Under the pieces are notes generated by a model that was given only the letters and a program-made list of their open reading frames with translations, made no database searches and was not told the origin of the DNA. Source: an uncultured Planctomycetaceae bacterium (GTDB lineage: Bacteria > Planctomycetota > Planctomycetia > Isosphaerales > Isosphaeraceae). Taken from it: a stretch of DNA of 64,000 bases. The position numbers were made by a program, and so were the translations under genes. The stretch is taken from positions 2,176,001 to 2,240,000 of the forward strand of contig CAWIAD010000002.1 in assembly GCA_963833985.1 (NCBI GenBank), read 5' to 3'. The number at the start of each line of letters is the position of its first letter. The first letter of the stretch is position 1. This document shows, one piece after another, positions 22,219-31,974 of the stretch.

Positions 22219-22363
22219 TAGCATGACCGGAGTGATGCCAGGAACCCTCGCGGCGGGTTTCCTCCGCCCCACGATCCCGGCGGCGCAGGGATGTTCGAGA
22301 GCCCCGCAACGCAGAATCCGCGGCGCCTCGCCGGACTTCGGCCCGCTTGCAAGGATTTACCGC

Positions 22364-23515
22364 TTACGGGCCGCCGGGAGTGTGCGGGCCGTTCCCGCCC
22401 GAGTCCGGTAAGGGGAGCCGAACGGTGAACTCGCTCCCCTTGCCAAGCCCGTCGCTCGCCGCCTGCACGGTCCCGCCGTGCAGCGCCGTGTAGTCCTTCA
22501 CGACAGAGAGCCCGATCCCCAGGCCGCTCTCCGGGCGACCGGCGGACTCGGCCTGGGTGAACAGGTCGAATATGTGCGGCATGATGTCGGGCGAGATGCC
22601 AATCCCCGTATCCTGCATCCGGACGACCGCCTCATCACCCTCCACGGTCGCCTTGATCCAGATCGTCCCCCCGTCCCCGGTAAACTTTCCCGCATTCTGC
22701 ACAAGGTTGATGAAGACCTGACGCAGTCGGGTCGGATCGGCATGCAGAGGGATCGGGACCTCGGGCAGCAACATTTGAAGTGATTGCATCCGACCGTTGA
22801 GCGCGGGGCGGCACGTCTCGACCGCCTGGTGGATCACGTCCTGGAGGACGACCCGCTCCTTGTTGAGCTGGACCTTGCCCGCGGCGGTGCGTGCCATCTC
22901 CAGCAGGTCGTCCACCATTCGCCCCATGAACTCGACCTGCCTGCGCAGCATGCTTGCCATGAAGGACATTTCGGAAGATGCCGACTCGTAGCGCTTGAGC
23001 AAGTGAGTGGCGTTGGACAGCGCGCTCAGAGGATTCCGCAGCTCGTGGGCGAGCGTGGAGATGAACACGTTCTTCCGGTGATCGGCTTGCTGAAGGGCGC
23101 TGATGCGGCCTTCGAGCGTCTCGACCAGCGACTTCTGATCCGTCTGGTTCCGCACGATCTTGACGAAGCCGAGGAGTTCACCCCGTTCGTCCCGGAGTGC
23201 GGTCAGCGTCCCGCTCACCCAGATCCGGCCGCCGTCCTTGCGGAGCTGCCAGCGGTCATCCTCCGACTCCCCGGAGGCGCTGGCCGTCTGCTGCTCCCAG
23301 GCGGCAAGGTCCTTCTCCAGGTCTTCCGGGATGAACAGGACAGAGGCGCTCCGGCCGATGATCTCCTCCGTCGCATGGCCCAGCAACCGTTCAGACCCAG
23401 CCATCCAGCCGACGATGACTCCGCTGGGATCAAGCAGGATCACAGCGTGAGTACCGACCTGGTCCATCGCCATTTCAAGCAGGCGGCTGGCGAGCGCCGA
23501 GTGTTCCTTGGACAT
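22364..23515 (-). CDS. PAS-domain sensor histidine kinase
   Basis: PAS/PAC (RKDGGRIW), H-box LAHELRNPL, N-box NLVQNAGKFT, G-boxes DTGIGI and GLGIGL. Confidence 0.92.
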   Translation of the reverse strand: MSKEHSALASRLLEMAMDQVGTHAVILLDPSGVIVGWMAGSERLLGHATEEIIGRSASVLFIPEDLEKDLAAWEQQTASASGESEDDRWQLRKDGGRIWVSGTLTALRDERGELLGFVKIVRNQTDQKSLVETLEGRISALQQADHRKNVFISTLAHELRNPLSALSNATHLLKRYESASSEMSFMASMLRRQVEFMGRMVDDLLEMARTAAGKVQLNKERVVLQDVIHQAVETCRPALNGRMQSLQMLLPEVPIPLHADPTRLRQVFINLVQNAGKFTGDGGTIWIKATVEGDEAVVRMQDTGIGISPDIMPHIFDLFTQAESAGRPESGLGIGLSVVKDYTALHGGTVQAASDGLGKGSEFTVRLPLPDSGGNGPHTPGGP

Positions 23516-23794
23516 CGACCTCTCCGACCGCGGGGAGCATCAGGGTGTTGAGGGGACTTGGTCGTCAGGTCGATGCAACCTTCGACCGCACCAGCAGGCA
23601 TGGAGGTTCCCGAACTGAAGTAAGCCTGAAAGCCTGACGGACTTACTTCGGCTCCCTCGCCTGACAGATCGGTTCTCATATACGACTACCATACCGGCCT
23701 CCCGAGAGACAATGTGATCTCCTGATCTTTGACCGCCCGGTGCGACTCGGGCCGCCAGCCGAGTGCCACCATCGAGCTTCCCGGCGAGCCCGTT

Positions 23795-24004
23795 TTGAAT
23801 CGTCGCCGCGGGGACGGGAAGCTCGCATATCGAGCCATGTTCCGGGCACAAGCTCGGTGAGCGGGCCATCCCGTGGTTCTGCCATCGAGGCTGAGGGTCG
23901 ACATGGCGAACGGACCGGGTATCGGCTCCAAGGCCGAGATCGAGCCAGTCCATTAACAGACGATCCATGAGACGTATTCGCAGCATCCGGGCAAGCGGAG
24001 CCGG
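23795..24004 (+). pseudogene. Degenerate, internally deleted duplicate of the GH97 upstream region and N-terminus
   Basis: 23795-23858 aligns with 25735-25798, and 23861-24004 with 26021-26164. There is an in-frame TAA where the intact gene has TCA. Confidence 0.75.
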
Positions 24005-24182
24005 TTGCGGCGTCTATGCGCCGGGAGGAGGCTATCTGGGCGATGTCAACACACCGGTGACGAACGATCTGTCCGATATGCTTCGGATCAATGCGATCGT
24101 GCCTGAGCCGCCATCCTCGGTTCTATTACTCCTGGGCTTCATCGGAGGAGCCTGCGGCATTGGTCAGATGGTGAGACGTTGA
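24005..24182 (+). pseudogene. PEP-CTERM sorting-signal remnant
   Basis: ...NAIVPEPPSSVLLLLGFIGGACGIGQMVRR*: VPEP, a hydrophobic helix and a basic end. No credible N-terminus. Confidence 0.55.
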
Positions 24183-24444
24183 GCGGACAACTTCGCCCCG
24201 CGATACCGGAACCGTGGGCGAAAGCGAAGCGGGCTGTTTTGCCACCAGTCCATGAAGGAACGCAGCTCGACGGTCGTCCCTGCGAAGCAGTCGTCCAATT
24301 TCTTGCCGCGCTTGAGGACGTGGTCGATGAGCCCGTCCTCAGCCGCACAGGGCAGTTGTCCCATGATTCACTTCTCCCGCCCGCCTCATGCGCTCGGAAG
24401 ATCACGTCGACGGCAGTATCTCCACTCGCATGGACCGTTCAACT

Positions 24445-25350
24445 TCACGGGCGTGCCACGGATTCGACTCGCATCGTCAGCTTCAGTGCGTCGGGCAGCG
24501 CGGGCGAGCCTCCGGGTTGCGAGCAGACGTACGCCGCAACCTCGCTGGCGTGCCGATTGATCTCGTCGAGAGGTCGGCCGGCGAGGCGGCCGACGACCAG
24601 TGCGGCCGTGAAGGCGTCCCCCGCTCCGACAGTGTCGTGAACCTCGACCGGCACGCCCGGATGGTCCGACCAGGCCCCGTCGGCGAACAGGAGGCTGCCG
24701 CTCGACCCGCGCGTCAGCGCCACGAGCGCGAGGTCGAATCGACGGGCCAGGCCGGCGATTGCCGACCGGGCATCGGTCGGCAGACCGAACATGGCGGCGA
24801 GGACGGGCAATTCCTGGTCGTTCAGCTTCAGGGCATTCGCCAGTACCAGAGAGCACTCGATCACGGCCGGGTCGATGAACGGCGCCCGGAGGTTCACATC
24901 GAACATCCGAAGTGCTCCGGGGCGTGCCGTCTGCACCAGTGAGCGGATTGAGCGCCTCGACGGCTCATCTCGCTGCGCGAGGCTGCCGAAGCAAACGGCG
25001 TCGGCCGAGGCGGCGTGACTCGTCGCGACGGGGTCGGCCTCGATCCTGTCCCAGGCGGCGCCGGCCCGGATCGTGTAGCAGGGTTGCCCGTCGGAGGCCA
25101 GGCTCACATCGACAGTGCCGGTCGGCCAGGCGCGATCGACCTGCACCGTGTCAGTCGGGAGCCCCATCAACCGGAACTGATCCAGGACCTCGCGTCCAAG
25201 GTCGTCGCCGCCGACGCGCGTGACGACGCGTGCATCGGCGCCGAGGCATCGGCACTGGAACGCAAAGTTGGCTGGGGCGCCTCCCAGTTGCTTGCCGGAA
25301 GGCAACAGGTCCCAGAGGACCTCGCCCAAGGCCAGGATCTTGTCAGGCAT
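24445..25350 (-). CDS. PfkB family carbohydrate kinase (fructokinase-like)
   Basis: Motifs GEVLWD, GGAPANFA, FDVNLR and DTVGAGDAF. Confidence 0.9.
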   Translation of the reverse strand: MPDKILALGEVLWDLLPSGKQLGGAPANFAFQCRCLGADARVVTRVGGDDLGREVLDQFRLMGLPTDTVQVDRAWPTGTVDVSLASDGQPCYTIRAGAAWDRIEADPVATSHAASADAVCFGSLAQRDEPSRRSIRSLVQTARPGALRMFDVNLRAPFIDPAVIECSLVLANALKLNDQELPVLAAMFGLPTDARSAIAGLARRFDLALVALTRGSSGSLLFADGAWSDHPGVPVEVHDTVGAGDAFTAALVVGRLAGRPLDEINRHASEVAAYVCSQPGGSPALPDALKLTMRVESVARP

Positions 25351-25834
25351 GGTCGCCTCGTTCGCTCACCGGTCCCGGATACGCGCGTGTATTCGCGGCG
25401 CGCTCGCATGGGGCACGCCGGCATCGCGAAAGCACGCATTCACGACGATCTGGGCCTTGACACGTCGATGTTACAGGCCACCTCCCTGGGGCGGATAGGT
25501 CGCAGTGTCAAATTCAGTCATAACAGCTCGGTCGGTACTCGGAGCCGACGGCATGGGATCGGGCCCGTGGCATCACCGGAACTCCCGAGGCGATCCTCGG
25601 AGCCTTTCGACGAGACGGAGCAGGCGCTATATAGAACGTGCCTTCCGCGAGCAGCACGCCCCCGCGGGCCAGGGCCCGTCGCAGCAGATTATCGTTACTC
25701 AGAGGTTACGAAGAGGATCATCCTGAGGTCTCCCTTGAATCGTCGCCGCGGGGGCGCGAAGCTGGAACTTCGAGCCACGTCCACGGCGCGTGCTCCGTCT
25801 CGTCGATCCGGCTGCATCAGAATGGAGAACGGCA

Positions 25835-27851
25835 ATGGGGCGCTTCAGCCTGAGACTTGCGTGCACGCTGTGGAGCTATGTGCTCGTCTCTGTTTCATGC
25901 TTCGCCGGGGACAGACCGCCGGGAGCGTCCGCGACCTCGCCCGATGGGCGTGTCCGGGCGGAAGTGGCGCTGGTGGAGGTCAACGCGCAGACGACGGCTC
26001 CGACCTACTCCATTACCCTGGCGGGCCATCCCGTGGTTCTGCCCTCGAGGCTGGGGGTCGAGATGGCGAACGGACCGGGAATCGGCTCGAACGCCGAGAT
26101 TGAAGCCGTCCATTCACGCATGATCCATGAAACGTATTCGCAGCATCCGGGCAAGCGGAGCCGGGTGCTCAACCACTGCAACGAGATCACGATCGCGTTC
26201 CGCGAGCGAACCGAGCCGCCCCGGCGCTGGGAACTCGTGATCCGGGCCTACGATGATGGCGTCGCCCTGCGCTATCGTTTTCCCGCTCAGAGCGGCTGGG
26301 AAGTGCTCCGCATCGCCGCCGAGCGCCACGCAGATTGGCTTGCCCTCGGATGCCGTGGCTTACGCCCTGCCGCTGAAGGGCTTCACGTCGTCTCACGAGG
26401 GCCGCTATGAGAAGCGGCCGGTCTCGGAAATCCCGAGGGACTGGCTGCTCGGCTTGCCGCTCTTGACCGAGCTTCGCGGCACCGGCTGGCTCGCCGTCAT
26501 GGAGGCCAATCTCACCGACTACGCGGGCATGTACCTGGCGCACGGCAGCGGGGACGGAGCCGTCATGACCACGCGGCTTTCACCCAGGAAGGACGATCCT
26601 GGCCTGGCCGTGCAGGCAAGGCTGCCGCACGAGTCTCCCTGGCGCGTGTTCCTGCTGGCCGACCGCCTCGAGCGGCTCGTTGAATCGGACCTGCAACTGA
26701 ACCTGAACGCCCCCTGTGCGATTGGAGACGCAGCCTGGATCCGTCCAGGCAAGACGACCTTCCCCTGGTGGAACGGGTTCTACGAAACGCAGGTGCCTTT
26801 CCAGATGGGGCTGAATACGGCCACGGCCAGGTACTACATCGACTTCTGCGCCGAGGCGGGAATCCCCTACCACTCGCTTGACGGCAAGGACAACATCGCC
26901 TGGTACGGCGGTACGATCGTACCCTACGAGGGAGCGGACATCACCCGCGGTATTGATGGTCTCGACCTCCGCGCAGTGCTTCACCATGCGGCATCCAGGG
27001 GCGTCAGGATCCGCCTCTGGATGCACTGGCAAGCCGCACAGAAACACATGGAGCGAGCCTTCCCCCTGTTCCATGAGTGGGGGGTTGAAGGGGTCATGCT
27101 TGACTTCATGGACCGCGACGACCAGGAGATGGTGAACTTCCTGCGCAGGGCGATCCACCTGGCGGCCCAGAACCAGTTGACCGTGACGCTGCACGGCGTG
27201 GCCGCGCCCACCGGCCTGGAGCGAACCTACCCGAACCTGCTGACCAGCGAAGGTGTTCTCAACCTGGAATATGGCAAATGGGACCGGCTGGGCGTGCCTC
27301 CCGAGCACGAGCTGACCGTGCCGTTCACGCGCATGCTCGCCGGACCGCTCGATTTCCATCAGGGCTCGCTGCGCGGCGTGCGGGTCGAGGATTTCCAGCC
27401 GCACAACGCGGCGCCGCTGGTCATGGGCACTCCGTGCCAGATGCTTGCCTCCTACGTCGTCTTGCAGAATCATCTACCGATGGCGGCGGATTACCCTTCC
27501 GCTTATCGCGGCCATCCCGCGCTGCCCGTGCTGGCGGCCATTCCCGCGACCTGGGACGACACGCGTTGCCTTGCCGCCAGGGTGGGTGAGCTCGCCGTGA
27601 TCGCTCGCCGTCATGGCTCCGACTGGTGGGTCGGTGCCATGGGCGGCCGGGACGCCCGCGAGCTGGAGGTTCCGCTCGGATTCTTGGGGCCAGGACCGTA
27701 CCGCGCCGATTGCCATCGCGATGACCCCAGCGCCTCCGGCCGGGTGGCGAAGGAGACCGAGCAGGTCGACTCCGGGAAAACCGTGCGTGCGCACCTGGCG
27801 CCTGCGGGAGGCCTGCTGGTTCACCTCGTGCCTGCCGGCGACGCCAGGTGA
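25835..27851 (+). CDS. Glycoside hydrolase family 97, apparent frameshift at ~26325
   Basis: Signal peptide, SPDG and RAYDDGVALRY, then WIRPGK, YIDFCA, DFMDRDDQ, LERTYPN, PFTRMLAGPLDF and IPATWDDT. Confidence 0.88.
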
Positions 27852-27929
27852 TTGCTTCGGATGCGCTTCACCGGCCGGGTTGTTGCCTGGCAAGAGGCCG
27901 CCGGCCGGTGACGATGCTCGGTCACGGCC

Positions 27930-28433
27930 TCATTCCGGGCAGGAGCCGGAAGGGCCTTTTGCGAACGCTTCCTTCATCGCCGCCTGTATCTGGTCCGGGG
28001 ACAGGTCCTGAATGTGCGTCGCGAAGCTCCACTTGTGGCCGTAAGGATCGACGACCATGCCGTAGCGATCTCCCCAGAACATATCCTGTGCAGGCATGGC
28101 GACCCTGGCGCCTGCATCCTTGGCCCGCGCGATGGCGGCGTCGCAGTCCTTGACGTAGAGGTGCAGCGAGACCGGTGTGCCACCCAGGGCGGTGGCCGTG
28201 TTCGCCTTGCCCCCGGAGTACTCCGGGAAATCGTCATTCAGAAAAATATGGCTGGAGCCGATGCGCAGCTCCGCGTGCATGACCCGCTTCCCGTCGGGCG
28301 CGGGCATGCAATAGACTTCCTCGGCACCGAGCGCCTGCTTGTAGAAGGCGATGGCCTCGGTGCAAGGGCTGCATGTCAGGTGCGGGATGAGGCTTTCATG
28401 GCCCCGGGAAATGGGTTGACTGGCTCCGGACAT
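27930..28433 (-). CDS. VOC/glyoxalase family protein
   Basis: Motifs AIAFYKQALGA, HAELRIG and DMFWGDRYG.VVDPYGH.W. Confidence 0.88.
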   Translation of the reverse strand: MSGASQPISRGHESLIPHLTCSPCTEAIAFYKQALGAEEVYCMPAPDGKRVMHAELRIGSSHIFLNDDFPEYSGGKANTATALGGTPVSLHLYVKDCDAAIARAKDAGARVAMPAQDMFWGDRYGMVVDPYGHKWSFATHIQDLSPDQIQAAMKEAFAKGPSGSCPE

Positions 28434-28526
28434 GGGATTCTCCTCGAGTCAAGGTTGGGAAAGGGGAATCGGAACTGGTCTTGCATCAAAACGAAGGGGC
28501 GTCGTCGTCGGCACGGGGAATTTTGG

Positions 28527-29006
28527 TCACGCTTGATCGTACGCCTGCTGGAGCACGGAAATATCGAGCTTCTTCATGCTGAGCATTGCCTGCATGGCCC
28601 GTCGAGACCTTGCCGGATCGGCCCCGCTCAGGAGCCTGGGTAGAATGGTCGGGACGATTTGCCAGGAAAGGCCGAATTTGTCCTTGAGCCAGCCGCACTG
28701 GCTCTCGGCACCTCCCGCGGACAGTTGTTCGTAATAGGCGTCGACTTCTTGCTGGGTCTCGCAGTTCACGACGAACGAGACAGCCTCGGAGAACGTGAAG
28801 TGCGGCCCTCCATTGAGTCCGACGAACGTCTGGCCGTCGAGCTGGAACTCCACGGTCATCACGGAGCCGGCGGGTCCTGGCCCGGACTCGCCATAGCGTA
28901 CGGCCTGAACGATCCTGGAGTTCGGGAAGATCGAGGTGTACAACGTCGCCGCCTCCTCTGCCTGGTGGTCGAACCACAAGAAGGGCGTGATCTTCTGGAT
29001 GGGCAC
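28527..29006 (-). CDS. VOC family protein, PhnB / 3-demethylubiquinone-methyltransferase-like
   Basis: Motifs QKITPFLWFD.QAEEA, LNGGPHF and CGWLKDKFGLSWQIVP. Confidence 0.88.
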   Translation of the reverse strand: MPIQKITPFLWFDHQAEEAATLYTSIFPNSRIVQAVRYGESGPGPAGSVMTVEFQLDGQTFVGLNGGPHFTFSEAVSFVVNCETQQEVDAYYEQLSAGGAESQCGWLKDKFGLSWQIVPTILPRLLSGADPARSRRAMQAMLSMKKLDISVLQQAYDQA

Positions 29007-29286
29007 CAGTCTCTCCTCGATTTCAGGGAGTCTACCTTCGTGATCTCGGCGCTGACTTTCCAGAGTCGAATGGCAACCAACCGGATCGACACCAATCTTG
29101 GGAACCGCCGGAGTTTTTTCAAGGAGGTCGTCCGCTGACTCCTCCCGGGTCTGGAGCATGAGCCGGCCAATCCCTGCCTGCTGGAATCGGCCCCGGGAGC
29201 GCGGTACAAGAGGAACGTGTGAAAATGCCCGCCTCGAAGAGACGGCCAGGGCAAGACATCCTCTTTGGAATCAGGGCCCTATCGCA

Positions 29287-30540
29287 ATGAAGGTCCACGA
29301 ATACCAGGCGAAGGAGCTGCTGGAGCAGGCTGGGGTCGCGGTGCCGGCAGGTGTCGTCGTGACGAAGCCGGCCGAGGCGGCCAGAGCCTACAGCACGCTG
29401 GGTGGTGGTCTCATCGTCGTCAAGGCGCAGGTGCACGCCGGCGGCCGGGGCAAGGGGGTCGCGGTGGGGCCGGAGGTCGACCGCGAACTGGCGCTGGCGA
29501 TTGCCAGCGGCAAGCAGCCGCGGCCCGACGGGATGGCCAGGGGCGTGCAGCTCGTCAAGTCGGCCGAGGAGGCCGAGAAGGCGGCCGCCAGCCTGCTCGG
29601 CAAGACGCTGGTCACGTACCAGACCGGGGCGGCGGGGCAGACCATCGCCAAGGTCCTGGTCACGGTGGGCCACACGATCGCCCGCGAGCTGTACCTGGGC
29701 CTGGCGATCGACCGCAATCTCAAGTGTCCCGTGCTCATGGCCTCCACCGAGGGCGGCGTGGAGATCGAGACCGTGGCCTCGACGACGCCGGAGAAGATCC
29801 ATCGCGAGCCGATCGACGTGGGGCTCGGCCTGGCCGACTTCCAGGCTCGCAAGGTATGCAAGGCGCTCGGGCTCACCGGGGCAACGGCCAAGAAGGGCGT
29901 GGTCTTTCTCAAGAACTTTGTCAAGCTGTTCATCGACAAGGACGCCTCGCTGGCCGAGATCAATCCGCTCATCGTCACCGAGAGTGGTGACGTGCTGGCG
30001 CTCGACTGCAAGATCAACTTCGATGACAACGCCGTGTTTCGCCATCCCGACGTGGCCGCGATGCTCGATGAGACCGAAGAAGACCCGGCGGAGCTTCGGG
30101 CCGCGCGCACCGGATTGTCCTACGTCAGCCTTGACGGCGACATCGCCTGCCTGGTCAACGGCGCGGGGCTGGCCATGAGTACGATGGACCTGATCAAGTA
30201 CCATGGCGGCGAGCCGGCCAATTTCCTGGACGTGGGCGGAGGGGCCAGCAAGGACCAGGTGCTCGAAGGGTTCCGCATCCTGCTCTCCGCGCCGCAGGTC
30301 AGGGCCGTGCTGGTCAACATCTTTGGCGGCATCATGAAGTGCGACATCATCGCCTCGGCCATCCTGGCCGCCTACGACGAGATCGACTTCCGGCTTCCCC
30401 TGGTCGTGCGGCTGGAAGGCACCAACTCCGACCTCGGCCGTCAGCTGCTCCAGAAGAGCGGCCGCAAGATCATCACCGCAGAAGGCCTGACCGACGCGGC
30501 ACAGAAGGTGGTCGCGGCAGCGCAAGGGAACGCGGCCTGA
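29287..30540 (+). CDS. sucC: Succinyl-CoA synthetase beta subunit
   Basis: Motifs [30 protein letters not shown] and NIFGGI. Confidence 0.96.
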   Translation: MKVHEYQAKELLEQAGVAVPAGVVVTKPAEAARAYSTLGGGLIVVKAQVHAGGRGKGVAVGPEVDRELALAIASGKQPRPDGMARGVQLVKSAEEAEKAAASLLGKTLVTYQTGAAGQTIAKVLVTVGHTIARELYLGLAIDRNLKCPVLMASTEGGVEIETVASTTPEKIHREPIDVGLGLADFQARKVCKALGLTGATAKKGVVFLKNFVKLFIDKDASLAEINPLIVTESGDVLALDCKINFDDNAVFRHPDVAAMLDETEEDPAELRAARTGLSYVSLDGDIACLVNGAGLAMSTMDLIKYHGGEPANFLDVGGGASKDQVLEGFRILLSAPQVRAVLVNIFGGIMKCDIIASAILAAYDEIDFRLPLVVRLEGTNSDLGRQLLQKSGRKIITAEGLTDAAQKVVAAAQGNAA

Positions 30541-30582
30541 AATCACGGCCGTTTGTAAAAGCCCCTCGACCAGGAGGCGACC

Positions 30583-31038
30583 ATGGGAACCGGCACGCTG
30601 GGCAGGGTGACAGTAAGTGCCAGAATCGAGAACGTCGCGGAGCTTTTTCTCGTCGATAGGGGTCAACTCGCTCCGGATCAGGTTCATCGCGTGGAAGTCG
30701 GCGATGCATTGGTCGACACCGGGGCGACGACGCTTTCAATGCCCCGCTCGCTGATCCAGCAGCTTGACCTCACTCCACTGCGATCACGGACCGCTCGAAC
30801 CAGCGCGGGGTTGTCCACTTTCCAGATCTACAGTGCCGTCCGTCTCACGGTGCAGGGCAGGGAGTGTACCATCGACGTTGCTGAGGTCCCGGAAGGCTGC
30901 CCGGTTCTGATCGGCCAGGTTCCACTGGAATTGCTTGATTTCGTTGTCGATTCGTCGAGCCAGCGTCTCATCGGCAACCCGGCGCACGGCGGAGAGCAGA
31001 TGCTCGAGATGTACTGTCATATTCTTGAATCCCATTGA
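30583..31038 (+). CDS. Clan AA (retropepsin-like) aspartic protease
   Basis: Catalytic motif ALVDTGATTL and C-terminal VLIGQVPLELLD. Confidence 0.8.
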   Translation: MGTGTLGRVTVSARIENVAELFLVDRGQLAPDQVHRVEVGDALVDTGATTLSMPRSLIQQLDLTPLRSRTARTSAGLSTFQIYSAVRLTVQGRECTIDVAEVPEGCPVLIGQVPLELLDFVVDSSSQRLIGNPAHGGEQMLEMYCHILESH

Positions 31039-31055
31039 AATACAAGGCATAGAAG

Positions 31056-31937
31056 ATGAGCATTCTCGTCAACAAGAACACGCGCTTGATCTGCCAGGGA
31101 ATCACGGGCAAGGCCGGGGCGTTTCATGCCGAGCAGTGCAAGGCGTACGGCACGAACCTGGTGGGTGGCGTGACGCCCGGCCGCGGGGGAGAGACGGCTC
31201 TGGGCGTGCCGGTCTTTGACACCTGCGCCGAGGCCGTGCAGGCCACCGGAGCCAACGCCACCATGATCTTCGTACCGGCCGGCGGCGCGGCCGATGCGGT
31301 CATGGAAGCCGCGGATGCCGGCATCGCCGTGATCGTGGCCATCACCGAAGGTACGCCGGTCGTCGACATGGCTCGCGCCGTGGCGTACCTGCGGGCGCAC
31401 CGTCCCCAGGCACGGCTGATCGGACCGAACTGTCCGGGCATCATCACGCCCGGCGAGTGCAAGATTGGCATCATGCCGGGATATATCCACAAGCCGGGCC
31501 GGGTGGGCGTTGTCAGCCGGTCGGGAACGCTCACCTATGAGGGAGTCTGGCAGCTCACCAACCTGGGCATCGGCCAGAGCACCTGCGTGGGCATCGGCGG
31601 CGACCCGGTCAACGGCACCAGCTTCGTCGACGTGCTGGCCATGTATGAGGCGGATCCCGCCACCGATGCCGTGCTCATGATGGGTGAGATTGGCGGCAAC
31701 GCGGAGGAACAGGCGGCCGAGTTCAAGCGCTCCGGCAAGTTCACCAAGCCGCTGGCCGCCTTCATCGCCGGCCAGACCGCGCCGCCGGGCAAGCGCATGG
31801 GCCACGCCGGAGCGATCATCTCCGGCGGATCCGGGAAGGCGGAGGACAAGATCGCGGCGCTCGAGGCCGCGGGTATCCGCGTGGCCAGGAGCCCGGCCGA
31901 CATGGGCTCGGCGCTCAAGGCCGCACTCGGGAAGTGA
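31056..31937 (+). CDS. sucD: Succinyl-CoA synthetase alpha subunit
   Basis: Motifs [21 protein letters not shown] and RMGHAGA. Confidence 0.96.
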   Translation: MSILVNKNTRLICQGITGKAGAFHAEQCKAYGTNLVGGVTPGRGGETALGVPVFDTCAEAVQATGANATMIFVPAGGAADAVMEAADAGIAVIVAITEGTPVVDMARAVAYLRAHRPQARLIGPNCPGIITPGECKIGIMPGYIHKPGRVGVVSRSGTLTYEGVWQLTNLGIGQSTCVGIGGDPVNGTSFVDVLAMYEADPATDAVLMMGEIGGNAEEQAAEFKRSGKFTKPLAAFIAGQTAPPGKRMGHAGAIISGGSGKAEDKIAALEAAGIRVARSPADMGSALKAALGK

Positions 31938-31974
31938 CCGGTACCATGTTCAAACCTCGTGGAGCAAGCTGGCT

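Noticed and set aside
6997..22221. The two 100-bp repeats as ends of a 15-kb composite transposon, att sites or CRISPR repeats
   Set aside because: Each copy has its own TA duplication at an independent CTAG site, the intervening DNA is housekeeping, and there is no spacer array or cas gene.
24183..24444. Short ORFs between the PEP-CTERM remnant and pfkB
   Set aside because: No recognisable motif or convincing start. Possibly another gene remnant, but not supportable from the sequence alone.
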